A stretch of 64,000 nucleotides of DNA, taken from Octopus sinensis. Taxonomy: Eukaryota. Shown here piece after piece: positions 11,771 through 24,120 of this stretch. The translations under genes and the position numbers were made by a program. The stretch lies in the NCBI RefSeq assembly GCF_006345805.1, contig NC_043005.1, forward strand, positions 38,564,001-38,628,000, written 5' to 3'. Position 1 is the stretch's first letter. The number at the start of each line of letters is the position of its first letter. Under the pieces are notes generated by a model that was given only the letters and a program-made list of their open reading frames with translations, had not been told where the DNA came from and made no database searches.

Positions 11771-13704
11771 CCAAAAGAGACTAATGTGCCAAAAAAAAAA
11801 AAAATTAATGTCTCAGTTTTCGCAAAATTTATTCTTGTTCTTAGTACAATTTTGATGTGCACTGGCTCTTATTTTTTTAGCAGATTAAGGGACTACAAAT
11901 ATGTTAACTAGCTGGTTATTTTGTGTTGTGAAGTATGGCGAGGAACCGAACCAGATATCATATAGAGGCGAGTTCAGCGCTCCATATCATTATTGTGTTC
12001 TAATGCACACTGGAGTCAATGGTTCTTCTCAACTTTCTAAATTGATAAGATAAAACAAGCTTTAGATTGATTTAATCAACTACACCACCTGCTTTTGAAA
12101 CAGGTTCTTTTGATATGTGCAAGAAAATTATTGCTTTTTCGATCTATTAGCTTTAACAGGTACTACAATGGGCGGCTAATAAAATATGCACATACACAAC
12201 CAGATTTAACATAAAAGCATATTCACATTTATTTAGTATCTATTGCTGTGGATATGCGTTAACGAGTTTTAAAATAGTTTTGCTGCTATTGTTAAAGATA
12301 TTTAGCCCTAGGTCAGCCCAGTTTGACCTTAATAATATTGCTTCTTACTCTTTCTCTGTCTTCATGTGTGTCGATCTCTGTTTATCTTTTTTTAAAACCA
12401 GGATGGTGTGAGATAATTTCTGCAACTGTTTCCTACTATCTCTAGTAAATCATGTAACCTTGCAGAGGGTCTGTATTTTATAGAACACTGTCTATTGAAG
12501 TTATTAGCATTTTTATATGTGTCTTGGGTCCTCAAGCCCTGATGGAGTCGTGGATGTACTGCTGAAACAAACGGTATATCTTATCCACCTTTAAACATCA
12601 CACAGTCTATATTCTTCCAAGTTTAACAAGATTTGATTTCTTCCAGAAAAATATAATAGAGAGGTAGAGAGGTGAGTCGCCACTTGTGTGGGTCTTGGTG
12701 TTTTATTTATCCCTCCCGAAAGGTGGTAAGTCAAAACTGATCTCAGTGGCATTTGAACTTGGAGTGCAGAGAGCCAAAACGTATACCGCTAGGCAGTTTG
12801 TTCAACGTTCGACAACTCTGATTGTGGGTGGTTTAATATAATGGTGGCGGATTCACAGAACTGGGAGAGTGACGGTCAAAATGTTTCTCAGTATTCAGTA
12901 GGTCGCTAGCGGTTAAGATGAACTTTACCGTTCACGTTTCCGAGATCGATAAAATATAATTCAAGTACTGGGCCTAAGTAGACAGCTATGTCATTCCCAC
13001 CAAATGTTTAACCTTGTTCCTATATAAGCAACAATTATTAGTAAGTTTTCATAAAACAGAAAAAATTCCACAGGGCATGAGCGCACGACATCTATTTTTT
13101 CACTGACTAAATCAGAGGAGAAAGGATAAGGACCAAAACACTTTTAAGGGTCTCTGTCACTGATGAGATGAAGTTCTCATCAGACCGTACACTTGTCCAG
13201 ACTGTAGAGAACGGAATTTATCGCATTAAAGGTACCCAAATGATAGGTGGCACCGTTAGAGTGACGTATTAAATATACCACGTGCCTAACAAGGAAAGAT
13301 CCAACATATGTCGGTAGAATTTAGAAGAAATGGAATGCAGGGAAGACATTTTACAGATAATGAGTTCGTTAAATCTTAATACTTTTAACGTGATTGATAG
13401 TGGAGATTATGATTTTCGGCTTAAGACGAAGAAAGCTAATTAGAGACCTTACATACTTAGTATCGTAATTTGTGAGGATGTAATGACCGTTAGGCGTTCT
13501 AAGAGACAGGAACGTTATTCGATCCCCAAAACTGTTTTAAATTGATGTCTAGAATATGTAATATTATTCTTCGTTAATGTTGTGGTAAAAATATACATGC
13601 GTATAAGACAAAGGAAGACAAACAATGAGGAAAAGAGCGAAAAGCAGGTAGGTAGGAGAAGTGGAATATTACCTACAACTCATACTTTGGATTATTTATA
13701 TCTA

Positions 13705-14010
13705 AGATGGTGAGCTGATTGAATTGTTAGTGCACCAAATAAAATGCTTAGCGGTATTAAATTGTCTTCAGAAGATGAACACCTTTCTTTCTTTCTTTCT
13801 TTCTTTTCTCATCTGCTCTGCTGCTAGGTAAGTAATAGATCAAACGAGGGAGAGTTTATGAATCCGCATATCTGAAATTTAGGATTTAACATTTCACCTA
13901 TCTCCTTACGTTCTGATTTCGAATGCCGTCGAGGTCGATAAAATATGTAACAGCTAGGTACTGGGATCGCCGTAATCGACTGGGTGTCACCATAAAATTT
14001 CAGGTCTGGC
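13705..14010 (+). mobile_element. tRNA-derived SINE split by a 142-bp insertion (13757-13898)
   Basis: Head GGTGAGCTGATTGAATTGTTAG..AAATGCTTAGCGGTATT resumes at ~13899 (CCTTACGTTCTGATTTCGAATGCCGTCGAGGTCGATAAAA), collinear with the copy at 40325-40540. Confidence 0.7.
13757..13898 (-). repeat. Inverted copy of 14584-14761 (includes (CTTT)n)
   Basis: Reverse-complement match with a few substitutions and a shorter (CTTT)n tract. Confidence 0.95.
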
Positions 14011-14034
14011 AACTATTTCAGAAAGAATTACTTC

Positions 14035-14240
14035 AGTGATAAGCTAACAGAATCGGTTGCACGTCGAACAAAATGATGAGTAGCATTTCTTCTGGATGTT
14101 TACATTCTGAGTTCAAATTCCTCAGACTTTGCCTTTCATCATTTCGGGGTCGATAAATTAAGTTCTATGTAATCTATCTAATTGACCCCCCCCCTTCTGC
14201 CTAAAATAACTTACCTTGCGCCAAAATTTGAGACCATTCT
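14035..14240 (+). mobile_element. tRNA-derived SINE (GACTTTGCCTTTCATC..GGGGTCGATAAA core family)
   Basis: Shares head, B-box-like GAGTTCAAATTCC and central motif with copies at 14821, 40325 and 47835. Confidence 0.7.
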
Positions 14241-14676
14241 TTCTATAAGTGTAAGTTTTTCTATGTCTGCCCTGCAACTCCCTAATATCCATATAAAACA
14301 ATGGTTTTGTGATAGAATTAAGGATTTATTTCTAAGAAGCTGGATATTGAAAAATCGGAACAATATGGAGTGGAACAATATGGAGTGGAATCCAGATAGC
14401 GTTCTTCTCTTCAAAGATGAATCCTTCCTGGAGATGAAGTTGTTCTCTATATGTTTGAGAGCTAAACTACTGAGATTAAGTCAAGAGGCCATATTTCTTC
14501 AATTCAAAATTTATTTTGTTTATTGTTAAAATATTGCTGTTATTTTGTTTTTCATGAGAAACAATTATTTTAAAGAACTAATTGGTGAAATGTTAAACCC
14601 TAAATTTCAGATATGCGGATTCATAAACTCTCCCTCGTTTGCTCTATTACTTACCTAGCAGCAGAGCAGATGAGAA

Positions 14677-14735
<59 letters not shown>

Positions 14736-14820
14736 GTGTTCATCTTCTGAAGACAATTTAACAAATCCTAGGTTTTAAAATAACAAGCTAACGCTTGCTT
14801 TCACTTGTTAGATTTTAATG

Positions 14821-14995
14821 GGCGGCGAGCTGGTAGAATGATTAGCACGCCGGGCAAAATGTTTAGCGGCATGTCGTTCACCTTCGATTTTGTATTTCGT
14901 TCTTTTGGGTTTGGATAAAATATGTACCAGTTGAACGTTAGGACCGATGTAATCAACTTACACCCCTCCCAAATTGCTGACTAAAATTTGAAAGC
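14821..14995 (+). mobile_element. tRNA-derived SINE, same family
   Basis: GGCGGCGAGCTGGTAGAATGATTAGCACGCCGGGCAAAATGTTTAGCGGC..GATAAAATATGTACCAG. Confidence 0.7.
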
Positions 14996-16282
14996 AATAT
15001 TTAATGCTTTTAGCACATACAACAGCCAGATTCGAACATGAATATCTGCTAGTTCTTGTTTTTCACCATCGGAGAACACCTTTTCCCTTTAGATGACGCT
15101 TTCATAGTACGCATGATCAACCCATGTTAGGGGACTTTGAGAGCGCATTGTTTCCATCTTATTGTGTGCCTACTCAGTCAAAATTACCCAAATGGACTAA
15201 TGAATCTAACAAGAGCACAGGCTTTTCCTTATAGAATTCGGAAAACAAATAATTTATTGATGTGTGCTGATTATAATTCATGGGGTGCATGAAGAACAAC
15301 GAGAATCGAAACAATAAAATATTTCCATATATTCATGTCAGACTCGAGCCTGACTATCTGATCATCATTGTTTATCATCATCAGAGAATGCCTCCTCCAT
15401 TTAGGCTGACATGTGTTCATAAAACACGTGATTCATCAGGCCACCGGTATAAATACGATTAAGTATTCACGTTCGAATCTTCCAGCAGAACGTATTAAGG
15501 ATGAATTGATTCATTATTATATGAACTAGTAGTTAGATTCAAATATCGAGGAATATAGAGAAGAAAGCTACAACTAAATTCCATTCTTTGGTTGTAGGTT
15601 TTTCACGTCAACTCGATAACTAATGTTCTTAGGAATGGCATAAATGTCGCAACGCCTTCCTCACAACCTCCCAAAATGTCAGTAGAGTTAATCATTTATT
15701 GGTGATTACCGCTGATTACAAACATTAAAGCGAAGAATATAGACAATTGATGTTTTACATCATTAAATGGAAAATAAATGGCTTGTTTTCGTTTTGATTC
15801 TTTTATGGCGTTTTAAACTTTGCGCTCAGAACAAGATGAACAGCCTTTCATTTGGAGATAAGTCACCGAAGCACGTGTTTCTTAAGCAAATAAGTAAACA
15901 CGAAATATAAATTAGCAATGTTTCTTTTTGAAGAGCGTTAATTAATCGCAATAATAATTAGGTTAGTCTCAATTAATTAAATCATTACCACTTACACCTC
16001 TAATGTCTTCATGAGGATTAAATAATATTGCACACAGATGAGGAACAATTCTTCGGTTAAGCTTCTTTCACAGAAATTCTAATGGAAAAATCATATATAG
16101 TAATTTGAAGACAACTGACTGAAATATTTTATTAGTAGGAAATCTTTTCCTTCTTCCTACCAACGCCACCGAGTCAGTCACTAAAGATAAACACACATGT
16201 GTATGTATTTATGCATATATGCATGTATGTATGTGCATGTATATATATATCTATTTATAGATCTGTCTTTGCCTTTATCTCT

Positions 16283-16366
<84 letters not shown>

Positions 16367-16672
16367 TAAGTCATGGGAATTGAAAAACTTCAAGAAATGT
16401 CAAACAATTTGTTTTAAACGGTGGAGCTCGAACAAGATAAAGCTAAAAATATTAGCACCCAAACAATGAATAGAAAAGTCGATCTATCCAAAAGATTTTT
16501 AACCCAATATTTGGATGTGATTATTTATAGAGTTATGGACTTCGAGTTCAACCATCAAAAAACGAATGATGCACATAGACGCACGCGCGCTTGCACACAC
16601 ACACACACACACACATATATTTGTATCTTTATGTATATTACATACATATGTTCATACATAAACATATACCTG

Positions 16673-16705
<33 letters not shown>

Positions 16706-16749
16706 CTATCTGTAGAAGGTTGAAAAGGAACACAGGAGTTGATATATAT

Positions 16750-17080
16750 GGAAAAAAAGTCAAGATAGAAAATGCTAAAATAATTTTATAAAAAACATTT
16801 CAGTACCAGTTTCAGGCATTTGAGACCTTTTCAACTGTAACGATTAAATAATTAAGTTTAGAAAAATTAGAAGAAAAGTTTTTTTAAAAGAATATTTGTA
16901 TAGTGTTTAAATACAAGGGGCATTTTCCTTGTTTCTGCCTGTCTCTGTCTTTCTTGTTTCTCTTGTGGGTTCGAGCGCGTTGTTTTCCATACTTACAGTT
17001 GAAAAAGTTTCAATGACTGAAACCGGAACTGAAATGGTTTTTATAAATTTTTTTTACCATTTTCTACCTTGACCTTTTTC
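16750..17080. mobile_element. PLE-like fold-back remnant: ~90-bp inverted arms, each with a decayed U3-A8 hammerhead
   Basis: 16750-16840 is an imperfect reverse complement of 16993-17080. The arm consensus is TTACAG-TTGAAAA-AGTC(TCAAT)GACT-GAAA-CCGGTA-CTGAAA. Confidence 0.65.
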
Positions 17081-17103
17081 CACACACACACACTTACACA
17101 CAC

Positions 17104-17177
<74 letters not shown>

Positions 17178-17197
17178 TGTGCATGTATATATATATA

Positions 17198-17249
<52 letters not shown>

Positions 17250-17310
17250 GTATACATGCACATACATACATATATATATATATGTATGTATTTATGTATA
17301 TACATATACA

Positions 17311-18948
17311 GGAGTGGCTGTGTAGTAAGAAGCTTGCTTCCGGTTACTGCGCATACGTTGATTCAGTTGTTGTTTTGTTTTGAGAATCGGACGGAATTTT
17401 TGTGCTCCTTGGCAGCGGTTTAGAGAAAATGTATTCAGATTTTAGCGGGTCTGGGTTGTCTTCAGTGGAGAAGGAGCTAGCGAAGGCGGTGAGAAGAATG
17501 GACGGAATATTGGAGAGAATAAGAAGTTTTTCTGGGACGGCGGAGATGAAGGGAAAATATGTAGACCTAGCTGGACTAAAGGAATATGGAAAAATGACGC
17601 AGAAGGTGGGCGGCGACATGAAGTTGTCGTCCCCTAAAAGGATTATGGAGCAAATGGAGAGGAAAACTATTACCTATAGGGGCACTCACTGAAGAACAAA
17701 AAGGTGGAAGCAGAAATAACAAAAAAAGCGCTAAAGAAACAGTCGAACAAAATTATGTACATAACCAAAGGATGTAAATACGGGACGGTCATTGTCCACT
17801 TTAGGACAGTGGAGGAACCGAGGAGGCTGGCGAATGAGGCGGTGAGGATGGAAGAGGTGGTGTTTCTGCCCACATATCTTGGAAGAAAGACTTCCAACGT
17901 AAGGGTGGAAGCAATCCCACTCGATATAGTAGTGGCATGGGTCGCGGCAGCCTTACTCATTGGAAGTGATGAGGCGGTGGCTGTCCTCGAAGCCAAGGAA
18001 ACGGAAGAAGGGGGATGGAGTGGGAAATCACTGGATCTCATCGTGCAGGCGGAGGAGAGGCGGCTAGAGAGTCTGGCGGAGACGGTGACGTTGGGAGAAT
18101 TTTGTTAAGAGTGTGGGTGGAGTGTAGAGTTCCACGTTGTTTTAAATGTGGCAAAAAGGGCCACATTAGAGCACACTGTCCTCTACAGAAGAAAACAACA
18201 GATGAAGCAGTTGTGGAGACATAGGAGAAAAGGGAGGAAGAAAAGACAGACGGAGGAAAGGAGAAAGAACGGATAGTAACAGATAGTAGAAGGAAGAAGA
18301 GGAAGAAAAGAAAGAACACTGAGTATGATGTGGTACCCCAGTCCAACTCCAAACCACCCAAGACCACTCAGACCCACCCTCCCCATACAGACACCAAACC
18401 CACCCACCCCCTTTCCTCACTGAAAACGAAAAAGAGCAGACACCACAGAATTTAGAAGACCCCTTCCCCGGTGAAAAAGGTTACCAGAGAGTGTCGTCAT
18501 TGAGCGATAGCGAGAGCGGAAACAGAAGGAGTAGAACAGAGACTAAAGAGAAATTAGGACTCAGAGGCAGTGAGTGGTGTTGCTCAGTGTGGGGTGAGTA
18601 GCACACTCTTCGTATTTTCATTTTCAGATATCATGCATGTTATCATAACCTTAATTTATTTTCTCATGTTCATTTTCGTGTCACTCATAGGATCATATTT
18701 TATTTTTACATATTTTCTATTGTTATATGTCCCCACATGTCCTGTAGTGTTATACCTTTATGGCAAAATATTGAAATAAAGAAGCTTGCTTCCCAAACAC
18801 CTGGTTCCGGGTTTAGACCCACTGCGTGGCACTTTGTGCGTCTTCTACTATAGCATCTGGAAGACCAAAGCATTGTGAGTGGATTTAGTAGACGGAAATT
18901 AGAAGAAGCCCGTCGTATATATATATATATATATACGACGGGCTTCTT
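17311..18948 (+). mobile_element. tRNA-derived SINE head split by the Tx1/L1-type insertion
   Basis: GGAGTGGCTGTGTAGTAAGAAGCTTGCTTCC (17311-17341) resumes at 18779 as AAGAAGCTTGCTTCCCAAACACCTGGTTCCGGGTTTAGACCC. Collinear with SINE copies at 54491 and 59929. Confidence 0.85.
17342..18778 (+). mobile_element. Non-autonomous L1/Tx1-type retroelement encoding only a gag-like ORF1 (decayed), 15-bp TSD
   Basis: TSD AAGAAGCTTGCTTCC at 17327-17341 and 18779-18793. ORF pieces 17402-17692, 17704-18108 and 18015-18224 include the CCHC knuckle RCFKCGKKGHIRAHC and a basic/Pro-rich tail. A T-rich 3' UTR ends in AATAAA. No RT or endonuclease is recognisable. Confidence 0.8.
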
Positions 18949-19027
18949 ATATATATGTATGTATGTGTGTGTGTGTGCGTATCTGTACGTGTTTATGTAT
19001 ATATGCATATTCATACACACATATATG

Positions 19028-19165
<138 letters not shown>

Positions 19166-20289
19166 TAAATAGATAGATATACACGTTAGTAATGATCTGA
19201 AGGAATGAAATTCAACGAGGATAAATAATTCTTTGTAGTATAATTTTATCAATACTTTAGCACCAGAGTATTCTTGTAGAAATAATCTTCATTTATTCAA
19301 CCAAGTTTTGAAGTGCGAATGACATTCCACCATTAAATCGAACGGGAGTGTTTCATTAAATTCAATGGGGGAGTGAGATTCCTCCACCTTCGTACCCAGA
19401 TTAAATAACTGCGAATTACCCCAACAAGAAACTAATGGTCTTAAGCTACGTGCACAATGCGATTAAAAATGTATACACACATGCATTTGCATACTCCCCA
19501 CACATATACGTGCGCGCGTGTGTGTGTGTGTTTGAACCCAATTTATTATACACGAACGGCTTTGGTAACAAGTCAGCTGCTTGACAAACATTTACAATAT
19601 AAAGCCATGTGATGTCTTGAATGATCTAAACACTGAAAACAGAAGATAGGAAATGCACTGTACCTGAGTTTAGTGAGTCCCTAAATTCTGCAAAGATTTC
19701 CAAATTATTCGATATAAAGAAAGAAGTTTTTCATTGACCAGGTGACGCGATAAAACATTGATGGATGAGCGCAGAGAAGAGACATAATTTTATGAATTAT
19801 TTTCTGTCATCTATGGTTTTGTATTTTTAATTTCAATTTCATTGCATTAAAAAATATATTGAATATAGAATATTGAATATTGAATCAGCCACTAAAGGAA
19901 ATGTCAATCAGAATTTGGAATTCTGGTATCACTGGATCAAGTACATCAATTTTATTAATTTAATTTGACTAAAGTCTGTAATTGCATTTTTTTTCTCAAC
20001 TAAATTATTTAATAAATCATTGTCATTTTCAATTTTATTGCTTTCATCTTCTAGACTAACGAGAACATCACCTTAAATAACATACTACATACAATTAAAT
20101 TGCAGTTACAGTCGATTGGGGAGGACTTCAGGAAGACAAAGATATCACAAACCGTAGTAGTAGTTTGGAGCCACAAGTTTGTGGCCTGTTTGGTATATCC
20201 TTGACCAAGTTTATTGTCCTGTTCGTTCACTAGAGACCATTTTTCTGTTTTTGATAATGCTGTTGTTCTTCTTTAGCATAATAATGGTT

Positions 20290-20480
20290 TCAAATGTTGG
20301 CACGAAATCAGCAGTTGTGAGAGGAGCGGTTAAATCGATTACTTCGTCATCATTGCTCAAAATGGTAGTACTTATTTTATCGACTCCGAAATGATGAAAG
20401 GCAAATTCAACCTCGGTGAATTTCAACCCAGAACGTAAAGAGGCAGGTCGATAACAGGATAATGTCCTCATTAACACAAT
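20290..20480 (-). mobile_element. tRNA-derived SINE (minus strand)
   Basis: TTTTATCGACTCCGAAATGATGAAAGGCAAATTCAACCTCGGTGAATTTCAACCCAGAACGTAAAG is the reverse complement of the family core. Confidence 0.65.
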
Positions 20481-20689
20481 ACTTCAAATAGAAAAGAGAA
20501 TCTACTCCTAAATTAGAAGTGGTTCTTAATCGATTGATTATCGAAGATGAAAGGGTAAAAGGAAAAAAATCGTCCCTGGTCAGATTCGAACTCAGAACAT
20601 AAAGTGAAATATTTGTGTTTTATTTTTGTAAACTCGTCTCTCTCATAATTTGAACTGATCCACTCTACAATGTGTTGCCTGAAGCGATG

Positions 20690-21462
20690 GGTGTCAAGAA
20701 TAGATTTGCCGGGAATGACACAGGTTTGCGTATTACTGACTACACAAGCGACGTTAAGCGTCGACCTCTTGACGAGTACCTGAGTTGAGCAGAGTTATAA
20801 ACCTGACGTGTTCTTCTACATCGTCTCTTTTGAATCAGTTTTTAGTAACGATTCTACCTCCAACCCCCAACGGCTAACTCAGTTAGGATTGCTTCCAATC
20901 TGTTGCCTATTGCAGTAGAGGGCTGACAAGGCAAAAGCAAACAAGCCCAATCCTGACATTTTTCGCCTCTCATAGTTGCTCAACTCGTCTGCTATCTATT
21001 TCGTCTGCTGAAATCGACTTTGCATGCTTTTATGCCTCCCAGTCCGAGAGTGACCAGAAATCGTCGCGGTAAGCATCAATGTCATCCATCTCCGGCCCCT
21101 CTAACATTAATGAGTTAGATGTTCCTAGAAATGTCTCTCGACATCTAAAGAAATCTGGTTTGCATACTCCAGTCGCGGGATAAACGACTACTAATTTGAC
21201 GGTTTCGCCGTCACACTCGGCACTGCTCAGGTTTGGAAAAACCGATTTGCCGTCTAGTTCTAGAAAATCAAGCCTCGTTATCTTAATGTCCAGCCCTTCT
21301 GGAAATGGCACAAGGCCATTCGATCCAAGTCTTGCAGTCGTCTAGGAAGGCGAGAGGTTTTGTCTCAGAACTCCTGATTTCGATTGAGGCCACTACGTAA
21401 AATCGCTGTGATTTAACGTCATAGAGCAGGTTTCTCAGCTTCCATGCCAAACCTAAGCCATG
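20690..21462 (-). mobile_element. Decayed Tx1/L1 ORF2 N-terminus (AP-endonuclease domain)
   Basis: Minus-strand HGLGLAWKLRNLLYDVKSQRFYVVASIE and VKLVVVYPATGVCKPDFFRCRETFLGTSNSLMLEG resemble APE motifs (NVRGL.., VYAP, LxGDxN). Frameshifted. Confidence 0.55.
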
Positions 21463-21950
21463 TACATATACACTGACTGCTATTAGTAAAGCTATTTAAG
21501 GTGAAGAAAACAAAAATGCAGCGCAGTAGGTCACCTTACTTAGTCATTTTTCGGTGTCTTTATTTGCTGGCTTTTGTTTCTTTAGTAGTTTTCATATATT
21601 TGATATTCTTGGTGTTGGTGCTGGTGGTAGTGGGGTAGAGATCTACTCTTGAACTGCACGTGTGTATGCTAAGAAAGCGTTTATTTTGCTTATTTTTTCT
21701 TTCCTACCGGTATTTTTGTTGTTATGATTGTAGCTGATGAACCGGATAGTCACTGAGACGTCTCGATGTCCAGTAAAGTAATTTATCGTAAATATCCCAT
21801 ATCTTATGCTGTGCATTTGTGGTCCATTCTTCTTGATCGTTTTATTCCTTTCAACAAGAAGTCAAAGCACTGATTATCAGTTGGAGTGTTGTGCATTCTC
21901 AGTGGTTAAGAATAGTGATTCATGAAATAACATTGCCCTGAACATGTACT

Positions 21951-22007
<57 letters not shown>

Positions 22008-22069
22008 CCAATCAATCAACCAATCAATCAATAAATCGATCAATCAGACTGTCTGTCGCTTTGCCTGTT

Positions 22070-22115
<46 letters not shown>

Positions 22116-22794
22116 TACAGAGAAAGAGAGGTGCATACGCCTACATTCATGCCTACACACCTAACTGTGCATGTATGTAAGTATGTATGTATGTATGTAT
22201 GTATGTATGCATGCATGCATGCATGCATATCTGTATGTATGTATGTATGTATGTATGCATGTATGTATGTATGTATGCATGCATGTATGTATGTATGTAT
22301 GTATGTATGTATGTATGTATGTATGTGTATGTATGTATGTATGTATGCATGTATGTATGCATGTATGTATGTGAATATCAGAATTGATTCAATTGAATAG
22401 ATTCACCTCAAAAGTTCACTCTGTACGTCGACAAAACATCGACAAACGGAACGCAATGAAAATAAATCAATATTAGTGACTCAGAACAGAAACAGCTGCA
22501 CCAAGAAATACAAATCCTAGTTGTTAGCGAACATCTACGAACGCACAGCACAATATTTTATGAAGCAAGTCAGCTTCTGTTTGTTCTGTTCATGTGGCAA
22601 GAATTAGTATCGTATTCTCTTGGTTATGGCTTATCGCCAGTGTACCAGACTTCAAAAGATAAGAACTGGGATCGATTTGTTCGACTAAGCCCTTCAAGGG
22701 GTTCGAGAACCAAAAGTTCGTACTTATTTGAATTGGTGGCGTTTAAACACGTGATTTCGTTTCTCATGCTACAGAAGCATAAGACATATATTTT

Positions 22795-23010
22795 ACCTTG
22801 TAATTGTCTCAGGCGTCAGACAGCGGTGAGGCTGGGGCATCACTATAAAGAATTTTTGGTCGAATGAATCGACTCACAGTACTTTTTTAAAGCCAGGTAC
22901 TTATTCTATCATACACTTTTGCCGAACCGCTGGGTTACAGGGACATAAACACACCATCACTGGTTGTCAAGCGATGGTGCGGGTCAAACACAGACACAAA
23001 GACACATATA
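22795..23010 (-). mobile_element. SINE 3' half
   Basis: GGTACTTATTCTATC..TTTTGCCGAACCGCTGGGTTAC..GGTTGTCAAGCGATGG is the reverse complement of the segment at 62110-62290. Confidence 0.7.
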
Positions 23011-23188
23011 TACATATATACATAATACATAAATACATACATACATACATAAAGGAAAATGGACGTTAAACGATGATGATGACGTATATATATATATATA
23101 TATATATTTAATTATTTGAGGGAATATTATTCCTAACTCACAGGGAAAACTTCAATTTAGAAATACTAAATCAAATTTCACAAAATAT

Positions 23189-23244
<56 letters not shown>

Positions 23245-23411
23245 TAGAAAAAAAAGCACCTTTTATCAATTCAAATGAACAATTAAATTACACCATCTAG
23301 AAAATTACATATAATAGTAATATTAAAATTAAAAAAATAATGTACCGAAGATTAAGTAAATTGCAAAAAACAAATAATAAAAACGTGTGTATATATATAT
23401 ATAATGAAAAC

Positions 23412-23479
<68 letters not shown>

Positions 23480-23633
23480 CTTTTATTTATTTCGGTCATT
23501 TGACTGCTATCAGGACTTATTCTTTGTAAGCTTAGTACTTATACGGGGACGTTTAACACACCAACAACGGTTGTCAAGCGATAGTAGGGGGGGGGGGGCA
23601 AACACAGACTCACAAACACACACACATATATGT

Positions 23634-23678
<45 letters not shown>

Positions 23679-23680
<2 letters not shown>

Positions 23681-23740
23681 CGGTATATTTAAAACATTAC
23701 GTTATATAATTATATAACGTAATGTTTTAAATATACCGTA
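23679..23740. repeat. Perfect 62-bp palindrome (31-bp arms, no spacer)
   Basis: TACGGTATATTTAAAACATTACGTTATATAA|TTATATAACGTAATGTTTTAAATATACCGTA. Confidence 0.95.
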
Positions 23741-23821
23741 AATTGTCTTTTTACATACTGAACACTGCTTGGTAAAATTAATTAATAATTAATGAAGGGT
23801 AAAATTAATTCATTAATTATT

Positions 23822-24120
23822 CCTTGTGAGAGGAAGTAGGACAGTCTATACTTGCTGGAGATGTTCACTCCGCAAAATGGTCTGGTTGGGGGCCCTGCGA
23901 CAGGGTTTATGTAGGGTTTGTGGTCTTTGCATAACCCGTATAGTGTAGGAACATCATTGTTGTGTGCCGTCCTTTTTGTAGGTTGGAGTATGTTGCACCA
24001 CATTCCCATGTGTGCATTGAGGAGTTTTTCTACTCTTTCATGTTCTTGTGGTGCAACTTCTCTCATGCTACTGATATGTTGTTTCATGGTCTGGACATAG
24101 TTCTGTGGGCTATCTACTGA
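23822..24120 (-). mobile_element. Penelope-like element reverse-transcriptase N-terminal fragment
   Basis: ORF 23782-24087 contains VPTLYGLCKDHKPY..PPTRPFCG..YRLSYFLS, matching the PLE RT motif 1-2 pattern (PxLYGLxKxHK..PxRPI). Confidence 0.7.

Noticed and set aside
13162-13185. CTGATGAGA-TGAAGT-TCTCATCAG hairpin containing a hammerhead core word
   Set aside because: No GAAA or stem III in the right position; it cannot be folded as a hammerhead.
15660-16170. Repeat-free stretch rich in TAAT/ATTA (also ~19300-19460), possible enhancer
   Set aside because: Such motifs are expected by chance in AT-rich DNA; no conservation or chromatin data are available.
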